From positions 160,001 through 224,000 of the forward strand of contig CAWEMM010000002.1 of NCBI GenBank assembly GCA_963810095.1: a DNA stretch of 64,000 nt. The letters are read 5' to 3'. Shown here one piece after another: positions 1 to 10,628 of this stretch (positions are counted from its first letter, which is position 1; each line of letters opens with the position of its first letter). The stretch comes from an uncultured Chloroflexia bacterium. Lineage in GTDB: Bacteria > Chloroflexota > Anaerolineae > CG2-30-64-16. The translations under genes were made by a program, and so were the position numbers. Below the pieces are notes generated by a model, which saw only the letters and a list, made by a program, of their open reading frames with translations, was not told the origin of the DNA and ran no database searches.

Positions 1-305
1 CCCGGCGCTGCGGTCGCCACCGCGGCGGGTTGCGCAGGGGTCGCCGCTGCCGGGACCGGCGTCAGCCGGGCCGCACCCAGTGTGGGCGCTGCGGTCGGCG
101 GGGGCGCCATCGTCGCAGTCGCTTCCGCGGGCCGGGCAGTGGCAACGCGCGTCACGACCCGCGTGATGCTGACCTGGGGCCGCTGGTTTGAGCGGAACGG
201 ACCGAGCACGAGCGCGCCGACGCCGCCCACGACGGCGCAATAACAGCATATCAGCAGGGCTGCCACGATCAGGACGATCAGGAGCGTGCGGTTGGGTCTT
301 TCCAT
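1..305 (-). CDS. Membrane-anchored protein, N-terminal part (runs off window)
   Basis: ATG at 305 gives MERPNRTLLIVLIVAALLICCYCAVVGG followed by a Pro/Thr/Ala-rich linker; frame open to the window edge; not in ORF track. Confidence 0.75.
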   Translation of the reverse strand, partial: MERPNRTLLIVLIVAALLICCYCAVVGGVGALVLGPFRSNQRPQVSITRVVTRVATARPAEATATMAPPPTAAPTLGAARLTPVPAAATPAQPAAVATAAP

Positions 306-366
306 TATAACCAATCACCTTTCGGGCACTGTGAGGCTTCGACGACAGTCTATCATACAAGCAGGG

Positions 367-1095
367 TCAGGGCCAGCAGGATGCGCCGTTGGGCAGCGCA
401 CCGCCCGCGTTGCTATGGACGCCCTCGGGGGTCATGTCGAGGTACAGGTAGCCCGCGGGCATATAAAAGAACGTGTAGGCGCGCAGGCAGACCCGCATCC
501 CCGGTTCGCCGTCGGCCCGCGGCCGCACGTCCTCCAGGCCCACACGCAGGATGGGCGCGGCGGCCTGCTGGTTGTACATATACACCTCGCGCTGCGCGTT
601 GATCGCCATGCGCAGCGGGTCCCCGCGTGCCTGGGCCTGGGGGGCCGGCAAGAACAGGGGCGAGAGCGCGAGCGGCGCTGCCGCGAGCACGATGACGACG
701 ACCATCTGCATCAGGAAGGCATGCCGGCTGATCTCACCTACCCGCACCACCACCGTCCGGATCACCGCGCTCCAGGCCAGCACCACGACCAGGTAGAGCA
801 GCGTGTTGACCGCAAAGCCGGCGGGGAGGAACGTCTCGCCGTCCCCGTCGATCTGCGCGGTCGCAATCGGCGCGCCGGCACGGCCAATGCAGAGGGCATC
901 ACAGCCGGCCCGGTACGGCTCGACGCGGAACACGGCACTCGACCAGTAGCTCAGCAGGGGCGCGATCAACAGGCACAGCACGACGACGAGCGCCCAGCGG
1001 TACGTCTGTTGCCGCCACCAGATCGCCAGGAGCACTGCGAAAACGACGAGGAGGGCCGCGATGATGATTGCGGCCCAGGGAGGAAGGATCATCAT
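367..1095 (-). CDS. Hypothetical multi-pass membrane protein
   Basis: About 4 hydrophobic segments; ATG overlaps the upstream gene's TGA (ATGA coupling at 1092-1095). Confidence 0.75.
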   Translation of the reverse strand: MMILPPWAAIIIAALLVVFAVLLAIWWRQQTYRWALVVVLCLLIAPLLSYWSSAVFRVEPYRAGCDALCIGRAGAPIATAQIDGDGETFLPAGFAVNTLLYLVVVLAWSAVIRTVVVRVGEISRHAFLMQMVVVIVLAAAPLALSPLFLPAPQAQARGDPLRMAINAQREVYMYNQQAAAPILRVGLEDVRPRADGEPGMRVCLRAYTFFYMPAGYLYLDMTPEGVHSNAGGALPNGASCWP

Positions 1096-4057
1096 GGCAG
1101 ACAGCCCTGAATGGGTTCGTCCTTGGCGGGGAAGTAGGTGCGCGCGTCCGCACCGTGGGCCCAGATTGTCGGATAGCTCTTCACATTTTCGGCCACGGCC
1201 CACAAATACAGCCTGCTCGACGGGTCCCGCGCACGATCTACCGGGACGTCATTAAACTCCCAGACCGGATAATTGATAACCCCGGCCTGGCGGGTGCCGA
1301 CCGCCGGCTGAGTGCCGAGCGGCCGGGCGACTTCGGAGTCCCACGCGCCGTAAAGCGTGACCGGCCCGCTCCAGTCTGCAGGCACGGAAAGCCGCGTCCC
1401 GTGCTTGAAGAGCGTGACTGCGACGTTGGCCAGGGTCGCGTTTTCGACGCTCGCCTCGGCCCCCGACGCGTCGTGCGGCCAAACGATCTGGATGCGCGCG
1501 TCCACCGCGTCCACCTGGCCGGTGGCAATGCCGCTGGGCACTTGTTGTTCGGGGAAGTACGTCCGGGCATCGGCCGCGTGCGCCCATACGCTGGTCGCCG
1601 TGGCGACCCCGTCCACTGCCGTCAAGAAGTAGATCTTGCGACTTCCGTCTCGTGCGGCCGAAACGTCGATATCGTTCGCTTCCCAGTAGGGGAAGGCCTG
1701 GCCGTCCACGCTGCGCTGCTCGGCAAGTTCCACCAGTTCGGCCGGCTCGTTGTCTATCGCCTGCCAGAGCTGTACCTTGGGCTGCCAGCCGCACGCCGGC
1801 GTCTGCAGGCTGCCGGGTGCGAACAGCCGAATGCCGATATTTGCCTGCTCGGCCTGGTCGATGGGTGCAAAGTCATGCGGCCACAGCACCTCGATACGAG
1901 CATCCACGCCGGCCTTCCCGCTTCGTGTCACGGGCGCGCTCGTCGGCGACCCTGCCGGCGTCGAGGTAGCCATCGGCGAAGGTCCGTTCGAGCCCAGCAC
2001 CCAGGCACCCGCTGTCGCCGTGCCCAGGAGTACGCTCCCGGGGGTTTGGTAGTCGATTGCCAGCGCCAGCCCCAGGTTCTCGCCGAGGCCCGCGCCCGCG
2101 TTTGTCCACGTGTCGCCACCGTCAGTGCTGCGGTACACGCCGCCCCCGTCACGCGCCGCCCAGAGCAGGCCGGGCGTGCGAGGATCGGCCGCAAAGGCGA
2201 GAATCGTGCTTGCAGGGGGCAAGCCCGTCTGAGCAGCCTCCCAGTCCCGCATCGTCGGGTTCCAACGCATCAGGCCGCCGTCTTGAACGCCCCCAAAGAG
2301 CTGGAGTTCACCGCCCTGGCCGTCCTTCACCGGCGCTGCCAGCCAGTCAGCAGTGAACGCCGATGTGCCCGAGCGCTGCATCGTCAGGCCGCCGTCCTTG
2401 CTTTCGCGCACGCCGTCCTGGAGGCCAAACCAGACATGATCCGCGTTCGCGGGATCGACGGCAACCCCGCGTGCCATCTCCACGCCGCCGCCCAGCGAGT
2501 GGATGGGCAGTTCGCGCCAGGTTTCGCCCCCGTCCTCGCTCACCAGCCGGGGTGCCCCATCGACGTATACTCGTTTGCTGTCGGATGGCGCGACGGCAAT
2601 GGCGGTGCGCTTGAAATCGCTCGCGGAGTGCACCTTCCACGAAAGGCCGCCGTCCTTGCTGGCAGCAACGTAGTTGTCGCCCGCGACGTACAGGTTGTCC
2701 GCGTTGTTCGGATCGATCGCCCAGGCCGTGGCGTCGCTCCACGCGCGGCCGCCGTCGGCTGGCAACCACGAACGGCCCGCGTCGCGCGTGACAAGCAACT
2801 CGGGTGGATCGGCGTCGCCGGCCGCGACGAGCGACGCGACGATCGTGGCCGGACGATCCTTGTGCGTCAGAAGCGCCCCGACCGCGCTGTTGACGGGCAG
2901 CCCTACGCCGTACGCCCGCCAGATCGCACCCCCGTCGCTGCTGCCAAATAAGCCGTTGTCTGTCGCGGCCAGCACGCCCGTCCGTCGCTCGCCAGCGCTG
3001 CAAATCCGCGGACCGAACCGCTGTTGAGCGAGCCCTCGAGAGGCTGCCAGCGGCGGCCGCCGTCCGCGCTGCGGTAGGTGCCCGTTTCGGTGTTGAGCAG
3101 AAGCACGTCGGGCGACAAAGCCAACATCGAGCGCAGTTCGGCTGCCCCGCCCTCGAGACCGCTCGCGGCCACATCCGACCAGGTAGCGCCCGCGTCCGTG
3201 CTGCGCCGGACACGAATTGCAGCATTCTGAGATTGGACCAGGAGCGCCGTGTCTGGGCGACCGGGCAGGAACGCCAGCTGTGCCGAACCAGCCGCAGACG
3301 CCGGGACTTCGGAGACGGCGGTCCACGTCGCGCCCCCGTCCGTGGATCGCAGCAAGTCGCCGTTGGTCGTCAGCACGAAGAGGACGCCCGCCTGGGTAGG
3401 ATGCGCCATCAGCCGCGCCAGCCGCGCATTCGGGCCGGCCCCGTCCGCCGACACCGGCTGGCCGGTCCAGCTTGCGCCACCGTCGGCAGACCGGTAGACC
3501 TCGCCTTGTTCCGCGCCCGCCGCATCCACGACCGCAACGAGTAGATCGCGGCCGGCATTTTCCGTGATCGTCCGGATGACCCCATCCGGGCGCGGCAGCG
3601 AGATTTCGCGCCAGGTCGCGCCCCGGTCTTGACTCCGCAAGAGCCTGCTTGCGCGTCCCGGAACATCTTCGCGACCGCGAATGCCCGTCCAAACCTGGCC
3701 GGCGCGGTCTACGTAAAGCGCTGTGATCTCGCCCGGCGGCAGGTCGTTTGTGGCCGGCTGCCAACTCACGCCCCGATCGTGGCTCGCGTAAAGCGCATCG
3801 GCGCGGGCGGGCGTGCCGCCGTCTCGCGACTGTGTCTGGTCGGGCTGCCTGTTGACGCTCACGACGCTGACCGCGTACAGGTCTTTAGCGTCCGGCCCGG
3901 CTGCCAGTTGGGTGACCCGGCCGCCCGGGCCGCCGAGCGGCTGCCACTGGGTTGGACCGTCCTGCGCATGGGCCGGCGCAGCGCGGGTCAGCGGCAGGGC
4001 CAGGATCAGAAAGAGCAGGATTCGCGGGAGGGGTGACACGCGCAATCGGTGGGCCAT
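1092..4057 (-). CDS. Secreted BNR/Asp-box (VPS10-like) beta-propeller protein with duplicated C-terminal domain; frameshift near 2975
   Basis: Signal peptide (AHA-QD); many S-x-D-G-G-x-T-W Asp-boxes in both ORFs 2903-4057 and 1092-3764; two ~125-aa C-terminal repeats. Confidence 0.8.
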
Positions 4058-4136
4058 GGTTTCTCCGGCGGTGGCGCCAGCGAGCGAAGCGGCGCGAGCG
4101 TGGTAAGCGGAAAGGGAATCTGGCCCATTCTAGCAA

Positions 4137-4184
4137 AGAAACCAGGTTTCTGCTACTCGTAATCGGGAGCGAAACCTGGTTTCT
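4137..4184. repeat. REP-like inverted repeat, family B (AGAAACCnGGTTTCT)
   Basis: AGAAACCAGGTTTCT...GAAACCTGGTTTCT; related copies at 24653 and 62344. Confidence 0.65.
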
Positions 4185-4205
4185 TGAAGCGTGAGGGACG
4201 CCGGC

Positions 4206-4991
4206 TTACTTGATGCCGTACACGACCTGGATCTGGGTGGTGTACGTGACCTCGCCCGGCTCGGACGGGGTGCCTCCGCCGCCGAGGCCTTCAGCCTTCG
4301 CCGTCGAGTACATCGGGAGCGGCTGGCTGCCGATAACCTCGCTGACCGAGATCACGTCGCCTACCTGCACGTTGGTCAGGCCGGCCAGCGAGTCGGCGCG
4401 TGCACGGGCATCCTTTACGGCGTCCTGGCGGGCCTGGGCTTCCAGTTGGTCCGTGTTTTCGAGGTTGAACGAGATGCCCCAGACATTGTTCGCGCCCGCC
4501 TTCACCGCGGTGTCGATGACATCGCCAACCTTGTCCATGTCGCGAATCGTAACCTGCACCATGTTGCTGACACGGTAGAAGCCGGCCGGCGGCTCGAACT
4601 TGCCAGGAGTCGCCTGGGCGGTCACGGGCTTCTGGTCCATTTGGCGCTCGAAGTTAATCGAGAAGTTGCTGGTCTGGATATCCTTGTCGGCGATACCCAT
4701 TTGCTTAAGCGCAGCCAGGACGCTGTTCATGCGCGCCTCGGCGTCGGCCATCGCCGCATCGACCGTCGCGCCGAGCGCCTCGACGCCCACCGTCGTGTTT
4801 GCCACGTCGGGCTTAACCTTCACCTCGCCGCGGCCGACCACCGTGATCGTGCGCGGCATCGTGGGCGCGGGGGTCGTCGCCTGCTTGGCGGGCGCAGCCG
4901 CGGCCGGAAGCACGCCGCTGCTCAACACGAGCGCCGCGGCGAGCGTCAACACACCCAATACAACTACCAAACTCGTCTTTCGGACAGACAT
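4206..4991 (-). CDS. SIMPL/DUF541 family secreted protein
   Basis: TITVVGRGEVKVKPD, DIQTSNFSI, ARQDAVKDARARA motifs; GAGGAGG RBS; signal peptide. Confidence 0.9.
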   Translation of the reverse strand: MSVRKTSLVVVLGVLTLAAALVLSSGVLPAAAAPAKQATTPAPTMPRTITVVGRGEVKVKPDVANTTVGVEALGATVDAAMADAEARMNSVLAALKQMGIADKDIQTSNFSINFERQMDQKPVTAQATPGKFEPPAGFYRVSNMVQVTIRDMDKVGDVIDTAVKAGANNVWGISFNLENTDQLEAQARQDAVKDARARADSLAGLTNVQVGDVISVSEVIGSQPLPMYSTAKAEGLGGGGTPSEPGEVTYTTQIQVVYGIK

Positions 4992-5101
4992 GGGAACCCT
5001 CCTCAACTTATCCGGACCACCGGTGTGCTTGCCGTTGTCAGGTCAAGCGCCCTTGTGACGGCAGGTTCTCGAGGTTGGTTCCAAACAGCCAAACGCTTAT
5101 G

Positions 5102-5189
5102 AACAACAAGACGCAAAGAACCGAAGATTCACGAAGCTCTATTGGATCCTGCCAAAGCTTCGCGAGCCATCGGTTCTTTGTGCCTTCTT
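5102..5189. repeat. Intergenic palindromic repeat, family A
   Basis: Arms CGCAAAGAACCGA / TCGGTTCTTTGTG with CGAAG/CAAAG short units. Confidence 0.55.
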
Positions 5190-5219
5190 ATTCCGGATAG
5201 AGGTACGGAACGATGCCGT

Positions 5220-5744
5220 TTAGTTGAACTGGGGTACCCGGGTGTTGAACTCGTCGGGCCCGCGCTGCACCTCCCACGGGTAGACGACGAACCGGTCCGT
5301 GACAGCCGCGTAGTAATCGGGACCTGCCTCACGGAAGAGGTTGCTGCCGGGCTTGTAGTGGAGCACGGCAGCTTCGGCCCGCCCCCCGGCGGCCAGCACG
5401 CGCCCCTTAACGGTCGTGATCGTGCGTCCGTTGGCCCAGATATCGTCGATGATGAGGATATGCTTGTCGCGTAGGAGCCGTTCCTCGGGGAACTGGAGAA
5501 ACATCGGCCACGCCAGTCGGGCTTGACCGGCCTCGGGAAACTGGACGGCAGCCGTCAGCACGTACTGGATCTCGAGCGCCTCGGCGATCAGGCCCCCCGG
5601 CACGATCCCACCCCGCGTGACCATCAGCAAGGAATCGTACGGGCCGCGCAACTGCGGCAGGAGGTAATCGATCAGTTTTTCGACCTCTTGCCAGCTCAGG
5701 AAAGCGGGCGCGCTTGGCATGGTGGGGTTGCTGGGGCTCGTCAT
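5220..5744 (-). CDS. Type I phosphoribosyltransferase (purine PRTase-like)
   Basis: VTRGG and ILIIDDIWANGRTI PRPP-binding motif; C-terminal VVYPWE. Confidence 0.9.
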   Translation of the reverse strand: MTSPSNPTMPSAPAFLSWQEVEKLIDYLLPQLRGPYDSLLMVTRGGIVPGGLIAEALEIQYVLTAAVQFPEAGQARLAWPMFLQFPEERLLRDKHILIIDDIWANGRTITTVKGRVLAAGGRAEAAVLHYKPGSNLFREAGPDYYAAVTDRFVVYPWEVQRGPDEFNTRVPQFN

Positions 5745-6634
5745 GACAACTCCTTGAGGGCCTCGCGCAGTTCTGCGCGTTGGGCGGGGCTCAACTCAAC
5801 CTGAGGCGGACGGACCGCGGTTTCGGGCAGGCCGGCAACTTCGACCAGGGCTGCCTTCGTCGCCGGCTGGAGCGGGAACATATCGAGAACCGTCCGCGCG
5901 GCCGAGAGTTTTGCCTGGGCGGCCTGGGCATCCGCGCCGCTCCAAACCGCGGCCTGGGTGGCAGCTGCCAGGTCGGGAAACACGTTTGCGCCGGCTGTGA
6001 TGGAGCCGTTTCCGCCGCACCCGCACGACTCGGCCACCCGGTGATCGTTGCCGGCAAAATAGGCGAGTTCCGGATATGCCGACCGGAAGTGCGCGAGCTG
6101 GGCGGGGTCCCCGGTCGAGTCCTTTAAGCCAAACAGCACCTCGATGTGGCTCGCATAGAGCAGGTCAAGGATGCCGTCGGTAATGGGCACCGCGGTGGCT
6201 TGCGGAATGTGGTACAGGAGGACGCGGCCGCCTGCGGGCACTGCCGCATCGAAAAGACGCCGGTACCACGCTGCGATGCCTGCATCTGCCGGCTTCTTGA
6301 AATAAAAGGGCGGCATGACGAGCACCGCATCTGCCCCGTGGGCAAAAGCATGGCGCGTCAGGGCGATCGAATCGGTGAGCGCGGGCGAGCCGGTACCGAC
6401 GATGACAGGCATTCCAAGCGCGTGCCCTGCCTCGAGCGCCGTTTCGGCCACGGCCATCCGCTCCGCAACGCTCAGCGACGCGGCCTCGCCGTTCGTGCCG
6501 CAAGGGATGATCCCCGTGCAGCCGCGATCGTGCAGGTAGGCGATGTGCCGGGGAATCCAGAGCAGGTCGATCTCGCCGTCCGCAGGCCGGAACGGCGTCA
6601 CAATGGGGGCGAACACGCCGCGCAGTTCAATCAC
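5741..6634 (-). CDS. Dihydrodipicolinate synthase family aldolase
   Basis: APIVTPF, CGTNGE, LYHIP, GLKDSTG (Schiff-base Lys); GTG start chosen. Confidence 0.9.
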   Translation of the reverse strand: MIELRGVFAPIVTPFRPADGEIDLLWIPRHIAYLHDRGCTGIIPCGTNGEAASLSVAERMAVAETALEAGHALGMPVIVGTGSPALTDSIALTRHAFAHGADAVLVMPPFYFKKPADAGIAAWYRRLFDAAVPAGGRVLLYHIPQATAVPITDGILDLLYASHIEVLFGLKDSTGDPAQLAHFRSAYPELAYFAGNDHRVAESCGCGGNGSITAGANVFPDLAAATQAAVWSGADAQAAQAKLSAARTVLDMFPLQPATKAALVEVAGLPETAVRPPQVELSPAQRAELREALKELS

Positions 6635-6650
6635 GTCGCTTGCTCCTGAG

Positions 6651-7304
6651 CTAACTTTTGGTTTCCAGTACGGCACGCACCGGCGCACCGTCGCCACCTT
6701 CGACGTACAGCGGGAGGCAGATCAGCCGGTAGGCGCCGGGTTCGACATCCTGCAGGATCAGGTTTTCGACGACGACCATGCCTGCGGGCAGGACCAGGCG
6801 GTGCACGGGGTAATCCGGCGTGGCGTACTCGTCAATCGAAGGGCCGTCGAGGCCGACCAGGCGAATGCGGCGATCCAACAGCCACTGCCCCGCCGTCTTG
6901 TCAAGCGCAACGAAAGCTTCGTCAAAAGGAATGGGCGCCGGTCGAGACGCCAGGCGCCGGCTCATTCGGGCCGAGTTCTCCGTCTTGAGCAGCAGGCGCT
7001 CGACCCCCGCGGGAATGCCGGAACGCTCGAGTTGTTCGCCTGTAATGATGGGCGTGTTGCCCAAATCTGCCAGCCAGGCCGGACCGATCAGGACATCCAG
7101 CGCAAGCCCGTCGACGGCCGCGCCACCCTCCACGAAGTGCAGGGGAGCATCCAGGTGCGTGCCGGCGTGGCTGCTCAGACGCAGCTCGGAGACCATCGAA
7201 TTCCCCCGCTCCTGCCGGATTTGGACCGGCACATCGCCCGGCCACGCCGGCAGGCGCTCGGAGAAGGGCAGGGTAATGTCGATCAGGCGGCCGGATCCAA
7301 TCAT
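6651..7304 (-). CDS. Cyclase family metal-dependent hydrolase (kynurenine formamidase-like)
   Basis: HAGTHLDAPLHF, GLDGPSID, VENL, DGAPVRAV motifs. Confidence 0.9.
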   Translation of the reverse strand: MIGSGRLIDITLPFSERLPAWPGDVPVQIRQERGNSMVSELRLSSHAGTHLDAPLHFVEGGAAVDGLALDVLIGPAWLADLGNTPIITGEQLERSGIPAGVERLLLKTENSARMSRRLASRPAPIPFDEAFVALDKTAGQWLLDRRIRLVGLDGPSIDEYATPDYPVHRLVLPAGMVVVENLILQDVEPGAYRLICLPLYVEGGDGAPVRAVLETKS

Positions 7305-7470
7305 GCCCGATATTGTACCACTCTGCCGCCAAATTGCGTGAACGAGCCTGTCTCGCGGAGCCCAACGGAGGGCGCGCCGGCGCGCGCAGTTTCCCCTTGC
7401 TCGCCGCTGGCGCTATAATCATGCCGCGCCGCGCCACGCCACGTAACGACTGCGCGGCCCAGGAGATCGT

Positions 7471-8814
7471 GTGGGGTATCACCGGCGTTTGCTCACTGCG
7501 GGAATGATCCTTGTACTGCTTCTGGCCGGGTGTGCACCCGCGTCGCTGCGCGTCACCCCAACGCCCCCTCCCACCGCGGCGATAAGTCCCCTTCCCGCGC
7601 CGCTCGGCACGCCCGCCGGACCCATCACGCTGACCTACTGGGAGGAAGACAACGACGCCGCGGACGTCCTGCTCGACGAGCTCGCGGCTGCATTCATGCA
7701 GGCCAACCCCGGCATCACGATTCAGCGCGTCCACTTCGGCTACGACGACCTTCGGAATCAGTTTCGGGCGGCCGCGCTCTTCACCGGCGAGCCGCCGGAT
7801 ATCGTGCGCGCCCCGGGCGAATTTACGGGGCCGTTTGCCGAGCTGCATATCGTCAAGCCCGCGCAAGAGTTGGTGGCGTCCGGCGCTCTGGACGCATTCC
7901 TGCCCGGCGCGTTGGCCGGCGCCACGCTCAACGACCAGGTGTGGGGGGTTCCCGATAACTTCGGCGGGCACCTGATGCTGCTGTACAACAAGGCGTTGGT
8001 CGGCCAGGCGCCTGCCAACTCGGACGCCTGGGTCAGTCAACTCAAGACGCTGACCGACCCCGCAAAGGGGCAGTACGGGCTTGTCTTCGACACCTCTGAA
8101 TCGTATTGGCTGATCCCCTGGCTGTCGGGGTTTGGGGGTTGGCCCCTCGATGCACAGGATAGGCCCGCGCTCGACACTGCGGAAATGGTGGAAGCCTTGT
8201 GGTTTCTGCATGATCTGAAGTTCGAAGACCGGGTCATGCCCGAAAAGACGGATTACCAGTCCGCGTTTGACTTGTTCAGCCAGGGAAAGGCCGCGTACAC
8301 GGTCGACGGCATGTGGAATCTGGCCAAGTACGCCGGGCTCGGGGTGGACCTGGGGATTGCGCTGCTGCCGCGTATCGACAAAACGAAGCAGTTGCCCGCA
8401 CCCATGGGCACCGGTCGCTACTGGTTCGTGGAGAAGGACGTCGCGGGTGACAAGCTGTCCGCGGCTGCGAAGTTCGTCGAGTACATGACTTCCGCGCCTG
8501 TACAGCAGCAGTGGGTGACCAAGATGCGCCGGCTGCCTAGCAGCAAGCAGGCGTTGACCAGCACCGCGATCACCTCCGATCCAACCTTGTCTGCTGCGGT
8601 GGAGCAGATGCGCGTTGCCCGAGGCGTGCCGCCCGTGCTCGAGATGACTTGTGCGTGGCGCGGAATGGACGCGTACTTCGGGAAGGTCATGAACAACGAA
8701 ATGAGCCCGGACGACGTGCCCGCTAAGATGCAGGCCGAAGCCGATAGCTGCGTGAGCGACATGACCCCTGACCCGCAGGTCACGCCGGCCGCCGCTGCCA
8801 GTCCGACACCGTGA
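7471..8814 (+). CDS. Sugar ABC transporter substrate-binding lipoprotein
   Basis: Lipobox LLAGC; PPDIV, LLYNKAL, DGMWN motifs of family-1 SBPs. Confidence 0.9.
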   Translation: MGYHRRLLTAGMILVLLLAGCAPASLRVTPTPPPTAAISPLPAPLGTPAGPITLTYWEEDNDAADVLLDELAAAFMQANPGITIQRVHFGYDDLRNQFRAAALFTGEPPDIVRAPGEFTGPFAELHIVKPAQELVASGALDAFLPGALAGATLNDQVWGVPDNFGGHLMLLYNKALVGQAPANSDAWVSQLKTLTDPAKGQYGLVFDTSESYWLIPWLSGFGGWPLDAQDRPALDTAEMVEALWFLHDLKFEDRVMPEKTDYQSAFDLFSQGKAAYTVDGMWNLAKYAGLGVDLGIALLPRIDKTKQLPAPMGTGRYWFVEKDVAGDKLSAAAKFVEYMTSAPVQQQWVTKMRRLPSSKQALTSTAITSDPTLSAAVEQMRVARGVPPVLEMTCAWRGMDAYFGKVMNNEMSPDDVPAKMQAEADSCVSDMTPDPQVTPAAAASPTP

Positions 8815-8828
8815 GCGCGCACGAAACT

Positions 8829-8899
8829 TTGAATCGATTTAATGATCTACTAAATTAATAATCGCACTTTTTGACACGCAGTGCCTGGCGTGCTACCAT
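8829..8899 (+). promoter_or_regulatory. Sigma70-type promoter with an upstream LacI-like palindrome
   Basis: TTGACA(8871)-17nt-TACCAT(8894) with extended TG; TTGAATCGATTTAA palindrome at 8829-8842 in an AT-rich stretch. Confidence 0.6.
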
Positions 8900-9136
8900 T
8901 AAGTACTTCCTCAGGCACTGGTTACGCATGGCCGAACACCGTACCTCGGTTGTGTCGCGGTGATCTCTGAAGGGTTTGTGGCGCGTTTGTTCATCGAGTT
9001 GACTCTCACCTTAAGCTGCATTACGTATTTTCTTGACGGAGTGACGTAGCCTGATTGCGCTCCAGTAATGGCAGTCGTAAGCCAAGCTGCGTATCATACT
9101 TCCCGATGTGCATCCAAGAGGAAAAGGAGAAGAAAC

Positions 9137-10525
9137 ATGTCTCGGCGATTCAGCATTCTGTTCGTGCTGCTGGTTCTGTCCAGCCTCGTCCTCGCCGCCT
9201 GTGGCGGCGGTGGCGCTCAAACCGCTCCGACGGCTGCCCCGGTTGCGACCGCGGCCCCGGTTGCCACTGAGGCTCCGAAGGCCACTGAGGCTCCTGCGGC
9301 GACCGCTGCCCCGGCCGCCACTGAGGCTCCGAAGGCCACCGAAGCTCCTGCAGCGACGGAAGCCCCGGCCGCCACGACCGCCCCGGCCAGCGGCGAGGCC
9401 AAGACCATCACCATCTGGCACCAGTGGGATGGCAAGTACCTCGACGCGATCACGGCTGCGTTCAAGGACTACGAAGCCGCGCATCCTGGCATCAAGATCG
9501 ACCTCTCCAAGCCTGACGATGTCGCGAACGCGCTCCAGGTCGCCATTCCGGCCGGCCAGGGCCCCGACATCATCGGCTGGGCGAATGACAAGATCGGCAC
9601 CCTCGCGCTGAACGGCAACATCGCCGAACTCGGCACGCTCGGCGTCGACCAGGCGTTCCTCGACAGCACCTTTGAGCCGGCCGCGGTCAAGGGCGTCGTG
9701 TGGCAGGACAAGATCTGGGCCCTGCCCGAGAGCCAGGAAGGCATCGCGCTGGTCTACAACAAGGACCTCGTGACCGACAAGTACCTGCCCACCGACCTGA
9801 AGGACCTGCTGGCCAAGGCCGAGCAGTTCCAGAAGGACAACCCCGGCAAGGTGCTCGTCTGCAACCAGGGCTTCGGCGCCTCGGATGCGTACCACGTGGC
9901 CCCGGTCTACTTCGGCTCGGGCATGCCCACGTACGTCGACGACCAGGGCAAGGTCTTCATGGACACCCCGGAAGGCATCGCCGGCGCCACCTGGCTCAAG
10001 GACATGAGCAAGTTCTCCCTCAAGGAGAACAGCTATGACATCTGCAACGCCGCGCTGAAAGAAGGCAAGGTGGGTGCATGGTGGACCGGCCCGTGGGCCA
10101 TCGCCGGCGTCGAAGAGAACAAGGTCAACTACGGCATCCTGTCGGTTGGCAAGCCTTTCGTCGGCATCAAGACCCTCATGATCAGCAAGAATGCGGTTGA
10201 CCGCGGCACCGCCGAGACGGCTCTCGACATCATGAAGTACTTCACCAGCACGGACGTGGAGACGAAGCTCGCCCTGGCGAACAAGACCATCCCGTCGAAC
10301 ACCGCTGCGCTGAAGGATCCTGAGGTCCAGAAGCTGAACACCATCGCCGGCTTCGGCCAGGCGCTGAGCGTGGGCGTGCCCATGGCGAACACCCCGTACG
10401 CCGATGCCCAGTGGCAGCCGGTGGGCGATGCGAGCGCCGCCGTTTGGAACGGCGCCCAGACCCCTGAAGAGGCCATGAAGGCCGCACAGCAGGCAATCGA
10501 GGCCAAGGTTAAGGAAATGCAGTAA
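9137..10525 (+). CDS. Maltose/maltodextrin-type ABC substrate-binding lipoprotein
   Basis: AAGGAG RBS; lipobox LAAC; ATEAPK/ATEAPA repeat linker; GQGPDII, LVYNKDL, TGPWA, KPFVG motifs. Confidence 0.9.
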   Translation: MSRRFSILFVLLVLSSLVLAACGGGGAQTAPTAAPVATAAPVATEAPKATEAPAATAAPAATEAPKATEAPAATEAPAATTAPASGEAKTITIWHQWDGKYLDAITAAFKDYEAAHPGIKIDLSKPDDVANALQVAIPAGQGPDIIGWANDKIGTLALNGNIAELGTLGVDQAFLDSTFEPAAVKGVVWQDKIWALPESQEGIALVYNKDLVTDKYLPTDLKDLLAKAEQFQKDNPGKVLVCNQGFGASDAYHVAPVYFGSGMPTYVDDQGKVFMDTPEGIAGATWLKDMSKFSLKENSYDICNAALKEGKVGAWWTGPWAIAGVEENKVNYGILSVGKPFVGIKTLMISKNAVDRGTAETALDIMKYFTSTDVETKLALANKTIPSNTAALKDPEVQKLNTIAGFGQALSVGVPMANTPYADAQWQPVGDASAAVWNGAQTPEEAMKAAQQAIEAKVKEMQ

Positions 10526-10539
10526 CCCTAGGCTGATGT

Positions 10540-10577
10540 AAGGGCGGCAAAGTCATCGACTTTGCCGCCCTTCTTCT
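10540..10577 (+). terminator. Strong stem-loop after the SBP gene (terminator/stabiliser)
   Basis: AAGGGCGGCAAAGTC-atc-GACTTTGCCGCCCTT followed by CTTCT. Confidence 0.75.
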
Positions 10578-10628
10578 ACATCTGACTGCCTCACGCCTCG
10601 CGCCACCTCGCACGGAAGGGAGTCAACC

